Below, in pieces: positions 11,087 to 20,665 of a stretch of 64,000 nt of DNA. This DNA comes from an uncultured candidatus Porisulfidus sp. GTDB lineage: Bacteria; Pseudomonadota; Gammaproteobacteria; Poriferisulfidales; Poriferisulfidaceae. The notes below the pieces were generated by a model. It had not been told where the DNA came from. It did no database searches and saw nothing but the letters and a program-made list of their open reading frames with translations. Numbering within the stretch: the first letter of the stretch is position 1; the number at the start of each line of letters is the position of its first letter. Made by a program: the position numbers and the translations under genes. Location of the stretch: contig OY764335.1 of assembly GCA_963668445.1 (NCBI GenBank), positions 532,297-596,296 on the forward strand. The letters are read 5' to 3'.

Positions 11087-11138
11087 GGCCGGAAACAGGC
11101 GCAGACAGGTAAAATGTTGCATATTTCCGGATTCTCGC

Positions 11139-12560
11139 ATGTCTGATTCTACCGTGAAACCTTGGGCCGGGCGGTTTGCCGGGGCGACCGACGGCGCGGT
11201 GGAGGCGTTTACCGCCTCCGTCCATTTCGATGGGCGCTTGTACCCCTACGATATTGCGGGGTCGCAGGCCCATGCTCGCGGTCTGCAGAAAGCGGGCGTA
11301 CTGAGCGCGGAAGAATGCGAGATGCTGGTTCGCGGCTTGCAGAAGGTGCGCGACGATATCGAGGCGGGCCGGATCGAATGGGATCCAGGCTTGGAAGACG
11401 TGCACATGAACATCGAGGCGCGCTTGGTGGATGAAGTTGGCGAGGTGGGCAAGAAGCTGCATACCGGCCGTTCCCGCAACGATCAGGTAGCGACCGATCT
11501 GCGCTTGTATGCGCGGGCCGCGCAGACGCATCTGGAAGCCCGGGTGCACGAACTTCAGGGTGCCTTGGTGGCGCGCGCCGCGGCGGAAGCGGAGACACTG
11601 ATGCCCGGCTTCACGCACTTGCAGACGGCGCAGCCGATCACCCTCGGCCATCATCTGCTGGCCTGGTACGAGATGCTGCGGCGCGATCGGGCGCGGTTGG
11701 CAGATGCCTTCCGGCGCACGGGCACGCTGCCTCTGGGGGCGGCAGCGCTCGCCGGCTCGGGCTACGCGATTGACCGCCGCTATGTCGCCGAACTTCTGGG
11801 CTTCGAGGCCGTCAGCGACAATTCGCTGGATGCGGTCAGCGACCGCGATTTCGTGGTGGAGACGTGCGCGGCCATCAGCCTGCTCATGGTGCACCTGTCG
11901 CGCATGGCGGAAGAAATCATCCTGTGGGCCAGTCCCGGCTTCGGCTTCGTGCGCCTGCCGGACGCGTTGTGCACCGGCTCGTCCCTGATGCCGCAGAAGA
12001 AGAATCCGGACGTGCTGGAACTGATCCGCGGCAAAAGTGCCCGCGTCTGCGGCCATGTGCAGGCGTTGCTGATGCTGATGAAGGCGCAGCCGTTGGCCTA
12101 CAACCGTGACAATCAGGAAGACAAGGAGCCGCTGTTCGACAGTGTGGATACGGCACTCGGCTGCGTGGCGATGCTGGCGGCCGTCGCGCAGGAGATGGAG
12201 TTCGATCAGGAGCGGATGCGGCAGGCGGCCGGCGCCGACTACGCCGTCGCCACCGATCTGGCCGACGCACTGGTGGCCCGCGGGGGCACGTTCCGGGATG
12301 CGCACCATGCCACCGGGCGCATCGTCGCGCATGCGGCGGAGCGCGGCGTGCCGCTGCATGAGTTGGACGTTGCTGAAGCGCAAGCGATCGATGCGGCGAT
12401 CGATGCCGAACTGCTGGCTACCTTGACGCCGCAAAGATCCGTGGAAGCGCGGCGCCTGCATGGCGGCACGGCGCCGGAACAGGTGCGCGAACGTGTCGCA
12501 CAGGCACAGGCGGATCTGGCCGCCGGTCCGCTTTTGAAGCTGGCAGCGCCCGGAATCTGA
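11139..12560 (+). CDS. argH: Argininosuccinate lyase.
   Basis: MSDSTVKPWAGRFAGATDGAVEAFTASVHFDGRLYPYDIAGSQAHARGL... plus the fumarase/aspartase family signature GSSLMPQKKNPD. Confidence 0.9.
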   Translation: MSDSTVKPWAGRFAGATDGAVEAFTASVHFDGRLYPYDIAGSQAHARGLQKAGVLSAEECEMLVRGLQKVRDDIEAGRIEWDPGLEDVHMNIEARLVDEVGEVGKKLHTGRSRNDQVATDLRLYARAAQTHLEARVHELQGALVARAAAEAETLMPGFTHLQTAQPITLGHHLLAWYEMLRRDRARLADAFRRTGTLPLGAAALAGSGYAIDRRYVAELLGFEAVSDNSLDAVSDRDFVVETCAAISLLMVHLSRMAEEIILWASPGFGFVRLPDALCTGSSLMPQKKNPDVLELIRGKSARVCGHVQALLMLMKAQPLAYNRDNQEDKEPLFDSVDTALGCVAMLAAVAQEMEFDQERMRQAAGADYAVATDLADALVARGGTFRDAHHATGRIVAHAAERGVPLHELDVAEAQAIDAAIDAELLATLTPQRSVEARRLHGGTAPEQVRERVAQAQADLAAGPLLKLAAPGI

Positions 12561-12577
12561 GGGTTCGGCCGGGCCGA

Positions 12578-13233
12578 TCAGGTCAGGCGTTCGCGCAGGA
12601 ATGCGCCGAGTTCGGCGAGTTCTTGCGGGTGCACTTCGTGCGCATAGGTGCTGCTGCTCCAGCACACGGATGCGCCGTGCCGTGCCAGCCAATCGCGGCT
12701 TGCTTCGCCGAAGATGACAGGGATAGTGTCATCAAGGGTGCCATGCGCGCAAAAGATAGGCGTATTCCATGTCAGATGTTCGGCACGGTGCTGCAGATGC
12801 GCATCTTGCGGCAGGTAGCCGGACAGGCAAACGGCGGCCGCCAGCGGCTCCGGATGGGTTAGAGCCGTATAGAGTGCCATGGCGCCGCCTTGCGAGAAGC
12901 CGCCGACGGCGAGATGCTCGATTCCCGCTTGCCGCTGCCGCTCCAGCTCGTCGCGCACGCATGCGGCGCTGGCATCCAAGTCTTCGAGGTTGCTGAGGAC
13001 GAGGCTGCCGAGCAGTGGCTGTATATCGAACCACGACGGTGCGGCTTGGCCATCGAACATGGTGACAGGCCGGACAGGAGCTTGCATGGCGACCACGCGC
13101 AGGCGCGGGCATTGCAGTTGTCGGCCCAAGCCGGCGAAATCGTGTGCATTTGCGCCAAGGCCGTGTAGCCAGACGAGCGCGGCGCGGGCCGGGCCATCGA
13201 GCGGTTCTTCAATCAACGGATCGGATGGTTCCA
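12578..13233 (-). CDS. Phospholipase/carboxylesterase-family alpha/beta hydrolase.
   Basis: MEPSDPLIEEPLDGPARAALVWLHGLGANAHDF...GGFSQGGAMALYT contains a GxSxG nucleophile elbow. The start was moved to 13233 from the ORF-track 13597. Confidence 0.7.
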
Positions 13234-13422
13234 TGCGAGGACTGGAGGCACCATGGGGCAGGCGAGGAGTTTGTGCGGCGCTGTCTCGGCACCGTCCGTA
13301 TTGTAGCGATGAATCATGGTGGCACCGCGGACGGTTGCGGAACGGGTCGTCTGCTTGGCCGGGCGGGCGACCAAGCAAAAGTAGTATCATTAATCGGTAT
13401 TTTGCTGCTTTCGGGTTTTCCA

Positions 13423-13584
13423 ATGCATCGATCGGCTCTTGACGGAAGGGGCACGCCCCCGGTGCACTGTCTGCTGCGGCAGGCGGTTTTGTGGCTCGTG
13501 TTGTCCGGCGCAGTCGCGGGATGCGGGCAGATGGGTCCGCTGGAGCCGCCTCCGGAGACGGAATTCGCCGCCACGAGCCGTTAA
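13423..13584 (+). CDS. Small lipoprotein, possibly LptM/YifL-like, upstream of lysA.
   Basis: ...LWLVLSGAVAGCGQMGPLEPPPETEFAATSR has the lipobox VAGC. The stop overlaps the lysA ATG (TAATG). The start is uncertain: ATG at 13423 or GTG at 13462. Confidence 0.3.
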   Translation: MHRSALDGRGTPPVHCLLRQAVLWLVLSGAVAGCGQMGPLEPPPETEFAATSR

Positions 13585-14843
13585 TGGAAGATTTCATTTA
13601 TCGCGAGGGCCGGCTGCACGCGGAGTCGGTGCCAGTACGGGAGATTGCGGAAGCGTACGGCACGCCATGCTATGTCTATTCGGCGACCGCAATGACCCGT
13701 CGCATCACCGAATTGCATGCGGCCTTCGGCGCACAGCCGCATCGAATCTGCTACGCCGTCAAAGCGAACGGCAATCTGGCCGTATTGCAGCGCTTGGCGC
13801 AGTTGGGCTGCGCTTTCGACATCGTGTCTGGCGGCGAGTTGGCGCGCGTGCGTGCGGCTGGCGGCGACCTGTCGCAGACGGTGTTTTCGGGGGTGGGAAA
13901 ATCCGAGGTCGAAATCCGGCAGGCGCTGGAGGCGGGCATCGGCGCCTTCCATGTGGAATCGGTCAGCGAACTGAAGCGGATCGACCGGATCGCCGGCGAA
14001 GAAGGCGTGACGGCGCCGGTCTCGTTGCGCATCAACCCGGCCGTCCAAGTGGACACGCATCCGAATATCGCGACGGGCTTTCGCGGCAGCAAGTTCGGCA
14101 TTCCGATGGAGGATGCGCTGGACGGCTACCGACTGGCCGCCGAACGGGATGCCCTGAAGATTTGCGGTGTGGCTTGCCACATCGGTTCGCAACTGGTCAA
14201 TGCGGAGCCGATTCTGGAGGCAGTGCGGCAACTGGTCGAATTGGCGGATACGCTGCGCGATGAGGGCATCGCGCTGGACTATGTGGATGCCGGCGGCGGG
14301 TTGGGGATCTGCTACAACAACGAACATCCGCCGCAGGCGAACGCGTATGTGGAAGGGCTTCAGCAGGCGATCGGCGATCGGCCCTTGACATTGGTCATCG
14401 AGCCGGGGCGGTTTGTCATGGGCAATGCGGGAATTCTGCTGACTCGTGTGGAATACATCAAGCGCACGGCGGGCGGCTGCTTCGCGGTGGTGGATGGCGC
14501 CATGACCGAACTGATGCGCCCGGCCCTGTATGGCGCTTGGCATGCCATCATGCCGGAACGGCAGCGCACGGAGACAGACGAGACCATCACCTGCGATGTC
14601 GTGGGCCCGGTGTGCGAGACGACCGACTGCCTCGGCCGCGCCCGGCGCCTGGCCGTTCAGGAAGGAGACTTGCTGGCGGTGTTTTCCGCCGGCGCTTACG
14701 CGTCGTCGATGTCCAGTTCCTACAACGCCCGTCCGCCTGCGCCCGAGGTCATGGTTGAGGAGAATCAGTATGACCTGATTCGGCAACGCGGGAATGCGGC
14801 GCAGCTGTATGCGGAAGACCGGCTTCTGTACAATGACGGCTGA
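13584..14843 (+). CDS. lysA: Diaminopimelate decarboxylase.
   Basis: MEDFIYREGRLHAESVPVREIAEAYGTPCYVYS...ICYAVKANGNLAVL is a PLP-dependent Orn/DAP decarboxylase of about 420 aa. Confidence 0.9.
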   Translation: MEDFIYREGRLHAESVPVREIAEAYGTPCYVYSATAMTRRITELHAAFGAQPHRICYAVKANGNLAVLQRLAQLGCAFDIVSGGELARVRAAGGDLSQTVFSGVGKSEVEIRQALEAGIGAFHVESVSELKRIDRIAGEEGVTAPVSLRINPAVQVDTHPNIATGFRGSKFGIPMEDALDGYRLAAERDALKICGVACHIGSQLVNAEPILEAVRQLVELADTLRDEGIALDYVDAGGGLGICYNNEHPPQANAYVEGLQQAIGDRPLTLVIEPGRFVMGNAGILLTRVEYIKRTAGGCFAVVDGAMTELMRPALYGAWHAIMPERQRTETDETITCDVVGPVCETTDCLGRARRLAVQEGDLLAVFSAGAYASSMSSSYNARPPAPEVMVEENQYDLIRQRGNAAQLYAEDRLLYNDG

Positions 14844-14862
14844 CAGCGGCTACCGAAATCGC

Positions 14863-15573
14863 ATGAACGCCCGTTTCCCAGCCATTTTTTTACTGGCCGC
14901 GTCGTCTGCAGCGCAGGCCGAATGCTCCCGGGAAGATGTCCAGTTCTATCTGGATCGGGGCTTCAGCCATGAACAGGTGGCCCAATTGTGTTCCGTGCAG
15001 CCGCACGCCAAGCAGTCCTACCGTGCGTATACGGACGAGTACGTCGACCGGGCCGACCACGAGTACCAGGCGCGCATGCGGCTGGAGCGGGAGGTCACCT
15101 TGCGCGGTGCCATCGAAGGCAACGATGTGCAGTTGCAGGGCGGCTACCTGTCGTATATCCGCAAGCAATGCGTAAGCGAAGGCGTGGAGAAGGATCGCAT
15201 GTTCGGGCTCAAATCCTGTCCGAATGTCCGGTACCGTATCCGCTTGGCGGGGCTGACGATCGATCCGAAGGAATACAAGAAGCGGTTCCTTTACGGCCAG
15301 CGCATGATTCGCGTGGAAGGCGTCATCCGTCGCCAACCGATGCCGGATGCCTTCTCCGACATTCCTGACGAGTACTGGCGGGCGCAATTGCGCAAGAAGC
15401 TGGAATCCGGCAATTCCACCAAGATTCCGTTGCGTTCGGGCGTGGACTTCCATTTCGTGCGCGGCACCATGGAGGACATGGTGGCCTTCGAAACCCGCCG
15501 CATTGAGGAACGCAACCGCCGCCATGCGGAAGAGAGTTCGGACGATCTGGATTTGAGCGGCGCTCTCGAATAA
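14863..15573 (+). CDS. Hypothetical secreted protein.
   Basis: Signal peptide MNARFPAIFLLAASSAAQA/EC. No motif identified. It lies immediately upstream of the second aprBA. Confidence 0.5.
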   Translation: MNARFPAIFLLAASSAAQAECSREDVQFYLDRGFSHEQVAQLCSVQPHAKQSYRAYTDEYVDRADHEYQARMRLEREVTLRGAIEGNDVQLQGGYLSYIRKQCVSEGVEKDRMFGLKSCPNVRYRIRLAGLTIDPKEYKKRFLYGQRMIRVEGVIRRQPMPDAFSDIPDEYWRAQLRKKLESGNSTKIPLRSGVDFHFVRGTMEDMVAFETRRIEERNRRHAEESSDDLDLSGALE

Positions 15574-15757
15574 CCGCCCACAGGGCCTCCCTTCGCGTGA
15601 TGAATCAATTATTGATTCCAAAGAATTTAAGCTATTCCGTGAATTTCATCGGTTTCATAAAAATGGCGATGTGCGCAATGCCGTTTTCTTTGCTAAGGCA
15701 GTCTTCATGGCCGGGGTGTATGGCACCCTGCGTGATGAACTTTTTCAGGAGGTAGAT

Positions 15758-16219
15758 ATGCCGACTTTCGTACGCACCGACAAATGCGACGGGTGCAAGG
15801 GCCAAGACAAGGCGGCCTGCATGTACATATGTCCTCACGATCTGATGCGTCTGGACGAGGACGGCACCGAGACCGGGCATGCCATGAAGGCATACAATCA
15901 GGAGCCGGAGCAGTGCTGGGAATGCTATGCCTGCGTCAAGATTTGTCCGCAGCAGGCGATCGAATGCCGCCACTATGCGGATGTCGTCCCGTTGGGAGCT
16001 TCGGTGCAGCCGTTGCGCGGCACGGATTCCGTCATGTGGGCCATCAAGTTTCGCAACGGCACCATGAAGCACTTCAAGTTCCCCATCCGCACCACGCCGG
16101 AAGGCTCGGCCAACCCGTTCGGCGGCGAGAACGAGGCGGTGACGGCGGAAGGCAAGGACCACAGCACTCTTTTTACCAAAGGCACGCACAGCTGCGACAT
16201 GTCGCAGTTTGCGAACTGA
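15758..16219 (+). CDS. aprB: APS reductase beta subunit, second copy.
   Basis: MPTFVRTDKCDGCKGQDKAACMYICPHDLMRLD...CWECYACVKICPQQAI. An AGGAGG RBS lies at 15748-15753. Confidence 0.9.
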   Translation: MPTFVRTDKCDGCKGQDKAACMYICPHDLMRLDEDGTETGHAMKAYNQEPEQCWECYACVKICPQQAIECRHYADVVPLGASVQPLRGTDSVMWAIKFRNGTMKHFKFPIRTTPEGSANPFGGENEAVTAEGKDHSTLFTKGTHSCDMSQFAN

Positions 16220-16259
16220 CAGCCGTGCCGGGCAGCGTGAAGGATGGGAGAGACAACCA

Positions 16260-18227
16260 ATGGCTGAATTCGGGAATCCCGAGATTGTCGAGGAAGAAGT
16301 CGATATTCTTCTGATCGGCGGCGGCATGGCGTGTTGCGGCGCGGCATTCGAAGTGTCGCGCTGGGTCGAGAAGGCTCGCGCCGAAGGCCATGACATCAAG
16401 GTCAAGCTTGTGGACAAGGCGGCCATGGACCGTTCTGGCGCCGTGGCGCAGGGGCTGTCCGCAATCAACACGTACATGGGCGAAAACGATCCGGCGGAGT
16501 ATGTGCGGTATGTGCGCGGCGACCTGATGGGCATCGTGCGCGAAGACCTCGTCTACGACGTCGGCCGGCATGTGGACGATTCGGTGCACAACTTCGAGAA
16601 GTGGGGCCTGCCGATCTGGAAACAGTCCGGCGACGAAGGCAAGCGGCTGGCCGACGGCGGCAAGCCGGTGCGCTCCGGGCGCTGGCAGATCATGATCAAC
16701 GGCGAGTCCTACAAGTGGATCGTGGCCGAGGCGGCGAAGAAGGCTTTGGGCATCGAGAACATCGACGAGCATATCTTCATCGTGCGGCTGATTACCGACA
16801 AGAACGACCCGACCTGCGTGGCGGGCGCGGCCGGCTTCAGCGTGCGCGACGACCGCGTGCACATCTACCGCTTCAAGTGCTGCCTGTTGGCATGCGGTGG
16901 TGCCGTCAATGTATTCCGCCCGCGTTCGGTGGGTGAAGGCATGGGACGGGCTTGGTACCCGGTGTGGAACGCCGGTTCCACCTACTCGATGGCGGCTGAA
17001 TGCGGCGCCGAACTGACCATGATGGAAAACCGCTTCGTGCCGGCCCGCTTCAAGGACGGCTACGGTCCGGTGGGCGCATGGTTCTTGCTGTTCAAAGCGA
17101 AGGCGATGAACGCATTCGGCGAGGACTATCAGGCCAAGAACTACGAGGATCTGAAGACCTACGGCTACGATGCCTACGCCAGCGGCCGCAAGATGGGCAC
17201 CTGCCTGCGCAACCATCTCATGATGAAGGAGTTGAAGGAGGGCCGCGGCCCGATCTTCATAGATACGCCGACGGCCATGGCCAAACTGGCGGAAAACATG
17301 ACGCCGAAGGAGATCAAGCATATGGAGGCCGAAGCATGGGAGGACTTCCTCGACATGACGATCGGCCAGTGCGGCGTGTGGGCCGGCGAGAACATCGAAC
17401 CGGACAAGGAAATGTCCGAACTGATGCCGACCGAGCCCTACCTGCTCGGCTCCCATGCCGGCTGTGCAGGCATCTGGGTGTCGGGTCCGGAAGATTTGCC
17501 GGGCACGCCCGACCACTACCATTGGGGCTACAACCGGATGGCCACCGTGTCCGGCCTGTTCACCGCCGGCGACGGCGTGGGCGCTTCAGGCCACAAGTTT
17601 TCCAGCGGGTCGCATTCCGAGGGACGGATCGCCGGCAAAGCTATGGTGCAGTACGTGCGGGACAATGCGGACTTCAAGCCGGAATTGGGCCGCTCCGTGG
17701 AGGATATCGTGGAAGAGATCTACCGCCCGGTGCGGAACTTCCTCGATCACAAGGACTACACGACCGCGATCGATGTCAATCCGCACTACATCACGCCGAA
17801 GATGTTCCAGTTCCGCCTGCAGAAAGTCATGGACGAATACGTGGCAGGCATCTCAACCATGTACCAGACGAACAAGCGCATGCTGGAACTGGCCGAACGC
17901 AAGCTGGAGATGTTGCGCGAGGATTCGCTGAAAATGCGGGCCAAGGACCTGCACGAGCTGTTGCGGGCTTGGGAGAACTACCATCGCCTGATTACTGCCT
18001 TCGCGCATATGAAGCACATCAAGTTCCGCGAGGAGACGCGCTACCCGGGCTACTACTACCGGGCCGACTACATGCGGATCGATGACGAGAACTGGAAGTG
18101 CTTCGTCAACTCCCAATTCGATCGGGACACCGGCGAGTGGAGCATGAAGAAGGTTCCGTATGTGCAACTGATCAAGGCCAGCGAGGAAGAGCCGGAGGGC
18201 ATGGGTCGCGTTGGCAGTGCTTGCTGA
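16260..18227 (+). CDS. aprA: APS reductase alpha subunit, second copy.
   Basis: MAEFGNPEIVEEEVDILLIGGGMACCGAAFE...RYPGYYYRADYMRIDDENWKCF is paralogous to 2172-4019. Confidence 0.9.
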   Translation: MAEFGNPEIVEEEVDILLIGGGMACCGAAFEVSRWVEKARAEGHDIKVKLVDKAAMDRSGAVAQGLSAINTYMGENDPAEYVRYVRGDLMGIVREDLVYDVGRHVDDSVHNFEKWGLPIWKQSGDEGKRLADGGKPVRSGRWQIMINGESYKWIVAEAAKKALGIENIDEHIFIVRLITDKNDPTCVAGAAGFSVRDDRVHIYRFKCCLLACGGAVNVFRPRSVGEGMGRAWYPVWNAGSTYSMAAECGAELTMMENRFVPARFKDGYGPVGAWFLLFKAKAMNAFGEDYQAKNYEDLKTYGYDAYASGRKMGTCLRNHLMMKELKEGRGPIFIDTPTAMAKLAENMTPKEIKHMEAEAWEDFLDMTIGQCGVWAGENIEPDKEMSELMPTEPYLLGSHAGCAGIWVSGPEDLPGTPDHYHWGYNRMATVSGLFTAGDGVGASGHKFSSGSHSEGRIAGKAMVQYVRDNADFKPELGRSVEDIVEEIYRPVRNFLDHKDYTTAIDVNPHYITPKMFQFRLQKVMDEYVAGISTMYQTNKRMLELAERKLEMLREDSLKMRAKDLHELLRAWENYHRLITAFAHMKHIKFREETRYPGYYYRADYMRIDDENWKCFVNSQFDRDTGEWSMKKVPYVQLIKASEEEPEGMGRVGSAC

Positions 18228-18265
18228 TCGGGCATTCGTGGCAAAGCGGGGCTACAATAGACGTC

Positions 18266-18580
18266 ATGGACATGCAGCAGCGCATCACAGACAAGCTGAC
18301 GGCGGAACTCGCGCCGACGCACCTTGAAATCGAGGACGAGAGCCCCATGCACAACGTTCCGGTTGGGGCGCAATCGCATTTCAAGGTTACGGTCGTCGCG
18401 CCCGAATTTGCCGAGAAATCCCTCGTGGAACGGCACCGGCGCGTGAATCGGATTTTGGCCGAAGAATTGGCGGGCCAAGTGCACGCGCTGGCACTGCATA
18501 CGCTCAGCGAGGCGGAATGGGATGCGGCCCCGGAGGTGCCGGACAGCCCTCCATGCCGAGGCGGTGGCGCAAAAGCCTAA
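18266..18580 (+). CDS. BolA-family protein.
   Basis: MDMQQRITDKLTAELAPTHLEIEDESPMHNVPVGAQSHFKVTVVAPEFAEKSLVERHRRVNRILAEELAGQVHALALHTLSEAEW follows the BolA pattern. Confidence 0.6.
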   Translation: MDMQQRITDKLTAELAPTHLEIEDESPMHNVPVGAQSHFKVTVVAPEFAEKSLVERHRRVNRILAEELAGQVHALALHTLSEAEWDAAPEVPDSPPCRGGGAKA

Positions 18581-18849
18581 ACGCCGACTTGGCGGTATCC
18601 CTGCGTTGGCTCCAGCACTTCAATATCGCAGACGGCGCCGGGTTCGAGCGCGAACCAGTCGCCGCCTTGCAGGTCGACCGCCGCTTGCTCCGCCATGTGG
18701 ATGCGGAGGCGGCCTTCAAGCAGATAGTATTCTTCGGGAACCACCACGGTTCGCCATGTCCGGCCGGGCTCGGCCTGCCAGTCCGGCCAGTCTTCTATCG
18801 CCCAGACTTCCAGTTTGCCTGGCGGCACACGTTTTTCGTAGCGGAGCAT
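18577..18849 (-). CDS. Small cupin-domain protein.
   Basis: ...WRTVVVPEEYYLLEGRLRIHMAEQAAVDLQGGDWFALEPGAVCDIEV is a cupin beta-barrel signature. Confidence 0.45.
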   Translation of the reverse strand: MLRYEKRVPPGKLEVWAIEDWPDWQAEPGRTWRTVVVPEEYYLLEGRLRIHMAEQAAVDLQGGDWFALEPGAVCDIEVLEPTQGYRQVGV

Positions 18850-19079
18850 GGGCGCATTATAGGTTTCACGGCATTAGGCCGGGCCTTTATTTGGTTCGGA
18901 CAGCGTATGCCTGGAAGAAGCGATCTTGCTGAGACGTCATGGCGCGATGGGCTCTTCCATATCCATAGTATACGAATAATCTATATTTGCAAAAATGTAT
19001 AGAAAATTCTATTTTTTATGCATATCATTCGGGTGGTTGGATGTTATTTAATATAAATATATGTTAAGTATAATATTTA

Positions 19080-20239
19080 ATGATTTCCAAAGAGATTCGG
19101 CATAAGTTGAATCAAGAGAAAATCTCCAAGAGAAAAAGGAGGCATATGTATAGAAAAATCTCAAAACTATTGCGCAGGTTCAACAACATATTGGAACAAA
19201 GGCAGGCGTCGGCCAATCGGGCTTTGGGCGAAGTCAAAGGCCGGGCTGCCAGCATCCCCAATCAGGATATTCTGATTGATACGTTGGTATTGCAGGAAGC
19301 GTGTTCCAGTTCTGAAATCGAAAACATTGTGACCAGACAAGATGAATTATTTCGGGCGGATAGCGGACCTCAGGTTTCGGATTCTCCGGAAGCCAAAGCA
19401 GTCTTGCGCTACCGAGTGGCTTTCAAAGAAGGGTACCAACTTCTGCAAAAGCATGGAAACATCACGAATGAGACGCTAATCACAATGTACCGCCGGATTA
19501 AACTTGCGGATGACAGATTTCGCAAGAAGCCTGTTTATATCGGCAATCCTGCAATGCAGGAGATCATCTGCACGCCGCCCAAAGATCCTGCGGAGATTCA
19601 AGAATTGATGAACGGTCTTGAACGCTTTATCAATGACGATGCCATGAGTGTGCTGGACCCATTAATAAAAATGGCTCTCATCCATTACCAGTTCGAAAGC
19701 ATTCACCCGTTCTCGGATGGCAACGGGCGCGTCGGACGCATCCTCAATATGCTATACCTCACGAAATCGAAGTTGCTTGACAATCCCATTTTGTATCCGA
19801 GCCGAATGATTGCGCAGACCAAAGAACGGTACTACCGGCTCTTCACCGAAGTGCGGGAGCAGGAGGCGTGGCATGAATGGGTGGCCTACATGCTGGGCAT
19901 CGTCGAGCAGTCCGCGCACTCTTCGCTGCATATGGTCTCGCGCATTCGCGAGTTGATGGCCGAATACGAAAATCGAATTCGCGGGCAATTTGGATCCTAC
20001 TCGCAGGATTTGCTCAATAATCTGTTTCGCCACCCCTATTCGCGCGTGGCGCATCTGAACATGACCTCGGAGTCGCGAGGCTGACCGCGACTCGTTATCT
20101 GGATGCGCTGGCAGATGCAGGACTTCTGGAAAAGCGTCGCGTGGGCCGGAGCAACTACTACATCAATCTGCCTCTGGTCGAGATTTTCACGGAAATCTCG
20201 CATCGCTCGGATCCGGGCCAATTCATGCGAATCACGTGA
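19080..20239 (+). pseudogene. fic: Fic/DOC-family protein, class II, with a Fic_N domain. The gene is frameshifted near 20055-20085 and its C-terminal winged-helix domain continues in the +2 frame to 20239.
   Basis: Fic motif HPFSDGNGRVGR. The Fic_N region is IDTLVLQEACSSSEIENIVTRQDELF, which includes an inhibitory (S/T)xxxE(G/N) motif. Frame 0 stops at 20084. Frame +2 encodes LTATRYLDALADAGLLEKRRVGRSNYYINLPLVEIFTEI, the typical Fic C-terminal wHTH. The gene lies in a lower-GC islet. An alternative start is the ATG at 19146. Confidence 0.6.
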
Positions 20240-20284
20240 TGTTTGGAGACAGTGCCATAGAGTTCAAAACCTATGCCATTCGCC

Positions 20285-20665
20285 TCAGTGCACGGCTTCG
20301 GCAAGCAGCGCCTGTTCCATTTGCTGTTCCGAAACCGGGAGATCCAAAGTCGCGTGGAATTCGTGCCAGTCTTCGAGCCGCTTGAAATGCGCACGGTGCG
20401 CGGGCTCCATCATGGCGACGGTGCGGATTCCAGAGTGCTTCTGAATCGCTCCGATCATGGATTCCAAGCTGCTGGTGCGGTCGCGGAAGTCGGATTGGTA
20501 GTTGAACTCGCAGACGATGACATCGGGCGGCTGCCGTCGAATGGCGGCCAGAGCCTTGCGCATTGAGGCGCACACCTCGACCGAGAAGCCCAGCCGGCGG
20601 TACAGCGGCGTAAAATCGGGATACCCTCCCAGTTCGACGATGGCCAGCAGGCGGCGTTCGCTCAT
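20285..20665 (-). CDS. Hypothetical protein with a degenerate CheY-like (pseudo-receiver) fold.
   Basis: MSERRLLAIVELGGYPDFTPLYRRLGFSVEVCASMRKALAAIRRQPPDVIVCEFNYQ resembles a receiver domain but lacks the conserved DD and phospho-Asp residues. Its start overlaps the upstream Nudix stop (ATGA). Confidence 0.4.
   Translation of the reverse strand: MSERRLLAIVELGGYPDFTPLYRRLGFSVEVCASMRKALAAIRRQPPDVIVCEFNYQSDFRDRTSSLESMIGAIQKHSGIRTVAMMEPAHRAHFKRLEDWHEFHATLDLPVSEQQMEQALLAEAVH

Noticed and set aside
10716-12692. 658-aa minus-strand ORF.
   Set aside because: It is antisense to argH.
13581-14786. 401-aa minus-strand ORF.
   Set aside because: It is antisense to lysA.
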